Shown here: positions 15,497-22,237 of the stretch, piece by piece
Position numbering within the stretch: position 1 is the stretch's first letter
Layout: every line of letters starts with the position of its first letter
NCBI GenBank assembly: GCA_050731995.1
Contig: JBOHQB010000074.1
Location: forward strand, 1-33,198
From: Candidatus Rokuibacteriota bacterium
GTDB taxonomy: Bacteria > Methylomirabilota > Methylomirabilia > Rokubacteriales > CSP1-6
DNA length: 33,198 bases
Direction of reading: 5' to 3'
Notes under the pieces: model-generated
The model's database searches: none
Told to the model about the DNA's origin: nothing
Seen by the model: only the letters and a program-made list of their open reading frames with translations
Position numbers and translations under genes: made by a program

Positions 15497-16881
15497 GACG
15501 GAACCGCCGTCAGCGCAGGCGCTGTCACCGTCACACGGAGGCGCCGGCGGTAGCGCACGATGCACGGTGGCCGGGGCCCGACGACGAACGTCGAGTAGTC
15601 CGGGCGGTGGCCGGTGCGCACCGGCGTGAGGTCGAAGCGCCGGAGCAGCACCGACCAGATGACCTTGATCTGCTGCTCGGCAAAGGTCGAGCCGATGCAG
15701 CGGTGGTGTCCGCCGCCGAAGCCGATCAGCGCGTGCTTCACGGCGCGATCCTCCTGCCGCCCGGGACCGAAGCGATCGGGATCGTACCGATCGGGATCGC
15801 GAAAGACCCCGGCGATTCGGTGGCCGGCGGCCGGCGAGACCATCGCCAGATCGCCAGCGGGGACGATGTACTCGCCGTACGCGATCTCGCGGAGGACCCG
15901 TCGCATGAGCATGACGAGCGGCGGATGCATCCGCTCGGCCTCCTTGATGCACCGCTCCAGCGCGACCAGCCGCCGCAGCGCCGCCAGGTCCACGATCCGC
16001 CCGTCGGGCAGCACCTCGCGCTGCTCGGCCAGCACGGCGGGCAGGTGCTCGGGGTGCTCGAGCAGCAGCAGGCCGGTCCAGACGCTCATGATCGCGCTCG
16101 TGTGCTGGCCGGCGAAGATGGTCCCGAGCAGGAGGCCCGTGATCTCGTCGTCGGAGAGCGGCCGGCCGTCGCTGTAGCGGGCGGCCATGAGCGTCTGGAG
16201 GAAGTCCTCTCCTTCGACCCCGCGTTCGCGCCGCTCAGCGATGACGCCGGCGATCAGGGCCGCCACCTGCGCCCGGGCACGGTCGCGGCGGCGGAAGGCC
16301 GGCAGCGGCAGATGCGGGTTGAAGAACGCGATCAGGTTGATGCCGCGCTCGAGGTCATGATAGAGGTGCGCGAACTCCTGCGTCACCCGCCGCCGCATCT
16401 CGTCGCCGATGAGGCATCTCGTGGCGATGAACACCGTCAGCTCGTTCATCGCCACGGCCAGGTCGATCTCTCCGGCGTCGCCCCACGTATCGGTGTACGC
16501 CTCGGTCTCCTCCTGCATGACGCGCGCGTACGTCCGCAGGCGGTCGTCGCGCAGCGCGGGGAAGAGAAAGCCCATCTGCTCGTCGAAGACCGGCGGCGTC
16601 GCATCGTAGACCACGCCACGGCCAAAGATGGGCACGGTGAACCGATAGACCTCGCGCGCGCTCAGCTGGTCCTCGGGTGCGCCGAAGAACGCCGCGTGCG
16701 CGCGCGGTCCCAGGAAGGCCGTCACCCGCGTCCCCGGAAGGCGGAACGAGAACAGGTCGCCGAATCGCGCGTGCCCGTCCCGGAGGAGGCGGGCCGGGTC
16801 GCGCCGGAGCGCCGGCGCATGGCCGAGGAGCGGCCAGCCGCCGGACAGCATTGGGGGACGCCGATTGCGATGGGCGCTCAC
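15493..16881 (-). CDS. cyp51: Cytochrome P450 sterol 14-alpha-demethylase (CYP51 family)
   Basis: 462 aa. CYP51 signatures are present: FGRGVVYDA (B'-C region), helix I FAGQHTS, ExxR (EAER) and heme-Cys loop FGGGHHRCIG. ATGA overlap with the upstream SDR stop. Confidence 0.9.
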   Translation of the reverse strand: MSAHRNRRPPMLSGGWPLLGHAPALRRDPARLLRDGHARFGDLFSFRLPGTRVTAFLGPRAHAAFFGAPEDQLSAREVYRFTVPIFGRGVVYDATPPVFDEQMGFLFPALRDDRLRTYARVMQEETEAYTDTWGDAGEIDLAVAMNELTVFIATRCLIGDEMRRRVTQEFAHLYHDLERGINLIAFFNPHLPLPAFRRRDRARAQVAALIAGVIAERRERGVEGEDFLQTLMAARYSDGRPLSDDEITGLLLGTIFAGQHTSAIMSVWTGLLLLEHPEHLPAVLAEQREVLPDGRIVDLAALRRLVALERCIKEAERMHPPLVMLMRRVLREIAYGEYIVPAGDLAMVSPAAGHRIAGVFRDPDRYDPDRFGPGRQEDRAVKHALIGFGGGHHRCIGSTFAEQQIKVIWSVLLRRFDLTPVRTGHRPDYSTFVVGPRPPCIVRYRRRLRVTVTAPALTAVPS

Positions 16882-17876
16882 GCCCGCGGACCGATCTTGC
16901 CGCGCCTCACGAAGTCCTCGTACGCATCGCGCACGGCATCCTCGACGGAGGTCGGCTGGTACCCGAGCTCCGTGCGCGCCTTGGTGATATCGGCGCGTCG
17001 GTGCATTCGGAGGATTCGGACCGCGCCAGGCGTGAAGCGCGGCTCCACATCAGGGGCGAGTCGGCGCACGAAGAAGTCGAGCATCTCGGCCAGACCGGCC
17101 ATCAGGGGCGGCGGCACCCGCAACCGCGGCCGGGGCCGCCCGGTGACACGCTCGTACATCGCCATCAGCTCGTCGACCGTCTTGAACTCGGTCGAGAAGA
17201 TGTATTTCTGGCCGCTTCGCCCCTTGTCCATCGCCAGCAGGTGCCCCTGAACGATGTCGCGCGCGGCGACGAACTCGAAGCCGCCCGGGACATACGCGCG
17301 CAGTCGTCCGCGCGCGAAGTCGAGGAGCAGCTGGCCCATCCGCGACGGCTTGAAGTCGTGCGGGCCCAGGATGGCGCACGAGGTCGCGATGACGACGTCG
17401 AGACCGTCCACGACGGCCTTGAGGCATTCGTGCTCCACCGCCACCTTGCTGCGCTGGTAGGGCAGCAGCGGCGCGAACGGATCGACCGGCACCGTTTCGT
17501 CGCTCGGCCGGAGCGGATCGTGGCCGACCGCGCTGAAGGAGCCGGTAACGACGACGCGCTCGACCCCCGCGTCGAGCGACGCGCGGAGCAGATGACGCGT
17601 GCCGAGCACGTTGCAGGCGTAGATCTCTTTCTGCTGGCCTTCGGCGCTCGAGACCTTGGCCGCGCAGTGGTAGACGCGCTCGCAGCCGCGGACCGCAGCC
17701 CGCGTCTCACCCGCGTCGCGAAGATCGCCCCAGACGGTCTCGACGTCGAGGCCGGCCAGCGCCTCGACGGAGGCGTGAGATCGTTCGAGAACCCTGACCT
17801 CCTGGCTCTCGTCGAGAAGGCGTCGGACCAGGTTCGCGCCGAGATGCCCACTGCCGCCCGTCACGAGCACGCGCAT
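16878..17876 (-). CDS. NAD(P)-dependent epimerase/dehydratase / 3-beta-hydroxysteroid dehydrogenase family protein (SdmB-like, candidate C-4 decarboxylase/3-ketoreductase partner)
   Basis: 332 aa. VLVTGGSGHLGANLV Rossmann motif and catalytic YQRSK (YxxxK). Extended-SDR length. First gene of a five-gene overlap-coupled operon. Confidence 0.8.
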   Translation of the reverse strand: MRVLVTGGSGHLGANLVRRLLDESQEVRVLERSHASVEALAGLDVETVWGDLRDAGETRAAVRGCERVYHCAAKVSSAEGQQKEIYACNVLGTRHLLRASLDAGVERVVVTGSFSAVGHDPLRPSDETVPVDPFAPLLPYQRSKVAVEHECLKAVVDGLDVVIATSCAILGPHDFKPSRMGQLLLDFARGRLRAYVPGGFEFVAARDIVQGHLLAMDKGRSGQKYIFSTEFKTVDELMAMYERVTGRPRPRLRVPPPLMAGLAEMLDFFVRRLAPDVEPRFTPGAVRILRMHRRADITKARTELGYQPTSVEDAVRDAYEDFVRRGKIGPRA

Positions 17877-17884
17877 GGGCTCAC

Positions 17885-17913
17885 AGAATGCACCGGCGCG
17901 CGCTCGGACTCAA
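17885..17913 (-). promoter_or_regulatory. Weak candidate promoter for the SDR-CYP51-Rieske-Rieske-OSC operon
   Basis: On the minus strand, TTGAGT (17913-17908), a 17-nt spacer, CATTCT (17890-17885), then 8 nt to the ATG at 17876. No SD is visible. Both hexamers match the consensus poorly. Confidence 0.2.
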
Positions 17914-17930
17914 CGGCCGTGTCCGGCCTC

Positions 17931-17939
17931 TGCTAGAGT
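17931..17939 (+). promoter_or_regulatory. Extended -10-like element TGcTAGAGT on the plus strand inside the 371-nt gap
   Basis: Same TGnTAGAsT form as at 2685 and 22220. It is followed 8 nt later by an ATG (17948) that opens only a 13-codon ORF. It could instead drive the 18052 ORF with a leader of about 100 nt. Confidence 0.2.
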
Positions 17940-18051
17940 GGGGCTCGATGTTCGGCCGCGCTGTCCGCCGTCGCCGAGACTTCCGTTGAGGCTTCACGAG
18001 CGCTCCTCGTCGCCGGGCACGAGGACCCGGGGCGTATCGACCGGGCGAGCG

Positions 18052-18240
18052 ATGCTCCAGAAGGCCGCCGCCGAAAGCGCGCACCCGGACGTGCTGGTCG
18101 AGCTCGCGCGCGCCTGGTTTCGCACCGGCGACTTCCGGGCACGCGCGGAGGGCGAGCGACTCACCGCGTACGAGCGCGGGAGCGAGGCGGCCCGGCGCGC
18201 GATCGCGGCGGACCCACACAGCGAGGCGCTCCCCGACTGA
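18052..18240 (+). CDS. Orphan 62-aa ORF (helical, TPR-like fragment?); possible gene remnant
   Basis: MLQKAAAESAHPDVLVELARAWFRTGDF...: G/C dominates codon position 3, so it looks coding. It lies on the opposite strand to all neighbours, and its stop is 7 nt from the GGR-like stop. The upstream part of listed ORF 17875..18240 is Arg/Pro-rich junk. Confidence 0.3.
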   Translation: MLQKAAAESAHPDVLVELARAWFRTGDFRARAEGERLTAYERGSEAARRAIAADPHSEALPD

Positions 18241-18247
18241 GTCGGCG

Positions 18248-19528
18248 TCACAGGCGCTGCGGCTCGGTCACGGGGACGGGCCCGCGCCACCACAGTCGAA
18301 TCATCTCGCCCAGGATCGGGAGCGCCACGCGCGGCCTCAGGAATGTGCGCTTCGGACGCGCGCCGGTCATGGCCTCCGCCCACTCGAGCAGGAATTCGGT
18401 GCCGCGCCGGCGCATGAGCGCCGCACAGCCGTCGAGAAAGGCGGGATAGCGCGCGGAGGCCGCCGCCATCGCCCAGGACCAGCGGAAGTCCCACCCGAAC
18501 GACGCCATCCAGCGATCCTGATACCGCTGGAGAAACGCCGCGCTGAGGTCGTGGGCCTCGAGCGCCTCGTCGAGTGTCTGGGCGGCGATCTCGCCTCCAT
18601 CCATCGCGTACTGGATGCCCTCACCCGTCAGCGGGTCGATGTGACCGGCGGCGTCGCCGATGACGAGCATGTGGTCGCCGACGCTCTGCGGCACGCCGCC
18701 GAGACGGAGCGGCGCCGCGCGCATCGGTGCCAGACGCGCGCGAGGACCGAGAGCCCGGTTGACGTACGGGTCGCCTCGCACGATCTTGTCGTGGAGCCGC
18801 TTGAGGTCGCGAAGCCCCGCCTGGCCGCCGGGAATCACGTAGCAGCACAGGTTCAGCTCTCCGCCGGCCTCCCGGAACAGCACGCAGTATCCGGGCAGAA
18901 GCTCGCGTGGATAGAACATGACGCCGTCCGAAGCGAAGTCCGTCGTGCCGGCCTCGACGTACGCGCGGCTGCACACGCCGTCGGGCGCCGTCGTCACGAC
19001 ACCGAGTGAGCGCGCGAGACGCGCGAGAGCGCCGTCCGCCGTCACCAGCGCCCGGGCCTCGTACGTCGTGGCCGGCTGCGTCGCGCAGCGCACAGTCCAC
19101 ACGCCCGAGCCCGGAGCGAAGTCGGCGCCGGCGACCGGTGAATCTTCAACGAGCGTCGCACCGGCGGAGGCCGCTGCGCGCGCCAAGCGCACATCGAGCG
19201 CGACGCGCTTGATCGCGATCACGAGCGGGCGTCGCCCGTCCTCCACCGAGCTGCCGATGTAGGCGACTCCGCGCGGACTGACGAAGCCGCCGATCTCGGC
19301 CCAATGGCCTTCGCCCGCGGCGAGCACGTCGGCCAGCACCCCCATCCGCTCGAGGTGGACCTGCGCCCGTCCGGTGACGGCGTCGCCGCAGAGCTTGTCC
19401 CGCGGGAAGCGCTCACGCTCCAGGAGCAAAACGCGCCGGCCACGGCCGGCGAGATAGTACGCGCACGTGGAGCCGGCGGGGCCGGCGCCGACGATACAGA
19501 CATCCCACGGCGACGCGGGGGCGACCAT
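18248..19528 (-). CDS. FAD-dependent oxidoreductase, geranylgeranyl reductase (GGR) family
   Basis: WDVCIVGAGPAGSTCAYYLA Rossmann motif. RERFPRDKLCGDAV (GGR-type Cys). GDAAGHIDPLTGEGIQYAM. An AGGA SD lies 5 nt before the ATG at 19528. An in-frame GTG at 19531 is an alternative start. Confidence 0.8.
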   Translation of the reverse strand: MVAPASPWDVCIVGAGPAGSTCAYYLAGRGRRVLLLERERFPRDKLCGDAVTGRAQVHLERMGVLADVLAAGEGHWAEIGGFVSPRGVAYIGSSVEDGRRPLVIAIKRVALDVRLARAAASAGATLVEDSPVAGADFAPGSGVWTVRCATQPATTYEARALVTADGALARLARSLGVVTTAPDGVCSRAYVEAGTTDFASDGVMFYPRELLPGYCVLFREAGGELNLCCYVIPGGQAGLRDLKRLHDKIVRGDPYVNRALGPRARLAPMRAAPLRLGGVPQSVGDHMLVIGDAAGHIDPLTGEGIQYAMDGGEIAAQTLDEALEAHDLSAAFLQRYQDRWMASFGWDFRWSWAMAAASARYPAFLDGCAALMRRRGTEFLLEWAEAMTGARPKRTFLRPRVALPILGEMIRLWWRGPVPVTEPQRL

Positions 19529-19573
19529 CACGTTCCTGTCTAACGTATCCGGCGTGCGCTGTCCATGACGTCC

Positions 19574-20584
19574 TCAGTAGAGGAACGGAACCATCCGCCA
19601 GCGGACACGCTCACAGTACGCGGCCCACAGCGCGCCGTACTTTTGGCGGCAGCGACGGTCGTCGCGCCGGGCGCGGTGGAGGAAGAAGAAGGTCAGCCAG
19701 AGCGCGGGCAGGTACGGCACCGGTGACGCAAGCCCGCACGGCAGCGTCCACGCATAGTAGAGGATCAGCTCGCCGGTGTAGTTGAGCTTGCGGCCGATAC
19801 CCCAGAACCCCGAGACGAGCAGCCGGCCGCCGATCGTCTCCGGCGGCCGCCGCCAGACCGGCGCGGACGGGTCGAGCTTGAACTGGTGCTTCTGCGCGTT
19901 GGCGCCCCGGAAGAGCCAGAAGCCGAACACGTACATGGCGATGAGCCCGACGGCGGCCGGGAGCGACGGCGGGCTCACCCGGTCGACAAGATACCATCCG
20001 GGCAGGCTGTAGAAGAACGGTACCAGGACCCAGTCGCCCCAGACGAGGGCCCAGCCGAAGCGCTCCTCCAGGACATCCCAGGTGAAGCGCATCCCGTGCT
20101 CGAAGTGGAAGTAGTTCGCGACGTAGAGCAGCGTGAACGCCTCGAACAGCAGCATGGGAGTCGCCAGGCGGCCGTGGCGCTCCCACTGGGCGAAGGCGAA
20201 GCCGAGGTTGACGAGGCCGAGCGCGATCAGCGACGGGCGGTAGGCGAACATTTTGAGATCGACTCCGCGCCACACCGGAGCACGCTCCACGCCATAGAAG
20301 AAATCGAGGGCCGCCTCGCGAAGGCCGCCCTCGAGGAGGCCGCGTCCCTGGGCCCACCGGCCGCACGCGTAGAGGAGGCCGGCCGACGCGAGGGCAAGCA
20401 CGTTGGCGGCGACGAGCAGCGCGCCGAAGTGACGAATGATAGCCGACGGCGACCAGATCCCGACGGCGACGGTCGCGGCGACGGCGGCGGCCGCCACGCC
20501 GAGCAGTCGGAGCCCGCTCAGCCCGTAGCCCGAGGCCACGAAGAGCGCGCCGACGAATCCCACCACCGCCAGCGCGGCGATCAT
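19574..20584 (-). CDS. ERG4/ERG24-family sterol reductase (most plausibly Delta14-sterol reductase)
   Basis: The N-terminal 118 aa of the listed 454-aa ORF overlap the EBP-like gene out of frame and look non-coding. The ATG at 20584 overlaps the EBP-like stop (ATGA), giving 336 aa. Family signatures GIGRKLNYTGELILYYAW and FFLHRARRDDRRCRQKYGALWAAYCERVRWRMVPFLY are present. Multi-TM. Confidence 0.85.
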   Translation of the reverse strand: MIAALAVVGFVGALFVASGYGLSGLRLLGVAAAAVAATVAVGIWSPSAIIRHFGALLVAANVLALASAGLLYACGRWAQGRGLLEGGLREAALDFFYGVERAPVWRGVDLKMFAYRPSLIALGLVNLGFAFAQWERHGRLATPMLLFEAFTLLYVANYFHFEHGMRFTWDVLEERFGWALVWGDWVLVPFFYSLPGWYLVDRVSPPSLPAAVGLIAMYVFGFWLFRGANAQKHQFKLDPSAPVWRRPPETIGGRLLVSGFWGIGRKLNYTGELILYYAWTLPCGLASPVPYLPALWLTFFFLHRARRDDRRCRQKYGALWAAYCERVRWRMVPFLY

Positions 20585-21090
20585 GCTCGCGGACTCGCGA
20601 AGCGTCGGACGATCGCCGTGAAGGCGTCCCAGGCCAGCCAGGCGTGCGCGGCGAGCCACGGCAGCGTCAGGCCGTAGAAAAGCGTGAACCCCGTCGCGGT
20701 GCGCGCGCGCATCCCCGCGTAGCCGCTGAGATGACCGGCCAGCAGGTAGAGGATGCACGAGTACGCGACGTAGGCGCCGAGCGCCAGCTGCAGCGCGTGG
20801 CGCCAGGGCGCACCGCGCAGGATGCCAGCGATGAGGACGATGTTCACGAGCGTCGTCACGAAGACGTTGAACCCTTCTTGCGCGAGCGACCAGGGCGAGG
20901 CGATCCAGAACCGGTCCGCGTCGGCATAAAGGGCCCACAGGTCCGCGGCCCAGTCGGAGCCCACGAGTTGAGGCAGATCACGCCCACGCCGGACCAGCGC
21001 CCAGTCGAGCGTCACGTTGAAAGCGGAGAAGAACAGGAGCAGCCCGATACTGACGCGATCCCGCGTAGCGAGCGAGGCCGCGGCCGGCAT
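20581..21090 (-). CDS. EBP/EXPERA-family small membrane protein (candidate sterol Delta8-Delta7 isomerase)
   Basis: 169 aa from the ATG at 21090 (in-frame GTG at 21093). By eye it is collinear with human EBP: LWALYADADRFWIASPWSLAQEGFNVFV...APWRHALQLALGAYVAYSCILYLL against [28 protein letters not shown]...[24 protein letters not shown]. It lacks the first TM of the eukaryotic protein. Confidence 0.6.
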   Translation of the reverse strand: MPAAASLATRDRVSIGLLLFFSAFNVTLDWALVRRGRDLPQLVGSDWAADLWALYADADRFWIASPWSLAQEGFNVFVTTLVNIVLIAGILRGAPWRHALQLALGAYVAYSCILYLLAGHLSGYAGMRARTATGFTLFYGLTLPWLAAHAWLAWDAFTAIVRRFASPRA

Positions 21091-21097
21091 CACGCCG

Positions 21098-22198
21098 TCA
21101 GTCCGAGCGGCCGCGTGCGGCGATCTCCCACACGGCCTCGACCCCGTCGCCCCGGACGGCGTAGATCCGATCGTAGAGGTTGATCGTCGGATCGCAGTGG
21201 GGCGCGAAGAACTCGATCCGCTCGCCGAGCCGCGGCGCGCGCGAGGGATCGGTGATCGTGAGCCGGCCGTGCTCGTCGCCCGCAAAGGCGTACTCGATCC
21301 CCGGACGCTCGACCGACTCGGGTGGGAACGGCTTGTCGGTGGAGAACGCTTTCAGGCCCGCGTCCACCATCGCGCGGTCGCGCGTGGGGATGCTGACGAC
21401 CGTGGCGACGACGGTCAGCGCCATCTCGAAGCCGGTGAGCCACTGCCCGTCGCGTCCGCCGATACGCCGATAGTCGAGGTCCATGACGCAGTAGGACCCG
21501 CTCTGGAGCTCGGTGAGCGCGGCGAGCTCGACGTCGATGTCCCAGGTGCCCGTGGAGCCGCCGGCGACGACCTCGACGGGCAGTCCCGCCGCCTCGAAGA
21601 GGCGCCGGGTCTCCGCGAGCGGCGCCATCGCCACGCGCGACGCCTCACGACGCTGCTCCCAGCCGATGACGTGGGCGCAGTGCCCCGCGTACGCCTGCAG
21701 CCCGCGCAGCCGGAGCGCCTTGCGCGCGACGACGGCGCGGCCCAGCGCCACCGCGGGCTCGCCGGGGTCGACGCCGGTCCGCCGGTTGCCGACGTCGAGA
21801 TCCACCAGCACGTCGATCGTCACGGCGTCGCGCTCGGCGGCGGCCGCCAGCGCCGCGACGTTCTCGGCGTGGTCCACGACGACCATCGTGTCGGGCGCCT
21901 CGGCGACGAGGCGCGTGAGGCGGCGGAGCGCCTGCGGGGCCACGACCTCGGTCGTGATCAGAAGACCCCGGATCCTGGCGCGCGCCATCACCTCCGCCTC
22001 GCCGAGCTTCGCGCACGCGACGCCGAGGGCGCCGGCGGCGATCTGGCGGCGCGCGATCTCCGGGCACTTGTGGGTCTTGGCGTGCGGCCGGAGATTCTTG
22101 CCGGCGCGGCGCACGTGCGCGGCCATCGCGGCCAGATTCCGCTCGAAGCGGTCGAGATCGAGCAGCAGCGCCGGGGTCGGAATCTCGTCGCGGGTCAT
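21098..22198 (-). CDS. DSD1-family PLP-dependent enzyme (D-threonine aldolase / D-serine dehydratase-like, alanine-racemase-fold)
   Basis: 366 aa. PTPALLLDLDRFERNL start block. PLP-lysine motif RPHAKTHK. C-terminal GDEHGRL...PHCDPTINLYD block. Its stop is 7 nt before the EBP-like start. Confidence 0.8.
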   Translation of the reverse strand: MTRDEIPTPALLLDLDRFERNLAAMAAHVRRAGKNLRPHAKTHKCPEIARRQIAAGALGVACAKLGEAEVMARARIRGLLITTEVVAPQALRRLTRLVAEAPDTMVVVDHAENVAALAAAAERDAVTIDVLVDLDVGNRRTGVDPGEPAVALGRAVVARKALRLRGLQAYAGHCAHVIGWEQRREASRVAMAPLAETRRLFEAAGLPVEVVAGGSTGTWDIDVELAALTELQSGSYCVMDLDYRRIGGRDGQWLTGFEMALTVVATVVSIPTRDRAMVDAGLKAFSTDKPFPPESVERPGIEYAFAGDEHGRLTITDPSRAPRLGERIEFFAPHCDPTINLYDRIYAVRGDGVEAVWEIAARGRSD

Positions 22199-22210
22199 CG
22201 GAGCGCGCCC

Positions 22211-22219
22211 ACTCTACCA
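22211..22219 (-). promoter_or_regulatory. Extended -10-like element TGgTAGAGT for the minus-strand PLP/EBP/ERG24 operon
   Basis: The minus strand reads TGGTAGAGT, then 12 nt, then the ATG at 22198. No SD, so the leader would be very short. Confidence 0.3.
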
Positions 22220-22228
22220 TGCTAGACT
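22220..22228 (+). promoter_or_regulatory. Extended -10-like element TGcTAGACT for the aminotransferase gene (leaderless-type spacing)
   Basis: tgcTAGACT directly abuts the minus-strand element and lies 9 nt before the ATG at 22238. No SD. Confidence 0.3.
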
Positions 22229-22237
22229 CTCGCCACC

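Noticed and set aside
17948-17989. 13-codon ORF (MFGRAVRRRRDFR) starting 8 nt after the TGcTAGAGT box
   Set aside because: It is too short and too Arg-rich to support as a gene. I noted it only as a possible transcription-start context.
18004-18025. 7-bp inverted repeat TCCTCGT-8nt-ACGAGGA in the 371-nt gap
   Set aside because: Stems of this size are expected by chance many times in 33 kb of GC-rich sequence. It has no U-tract and no obvious positional logic.
19574-20938. 454-aa version of the ERG24-like ORF and 234-aa version of the EBP-like ORF (20581-21285)
   Set aside because: The N-terminal extensions overlap neighbouring genes out of frame and have non-coding-like composition. ATGA-coupled internal Met starts (20584 and 21090) give proteins that begin where family similarity begins.
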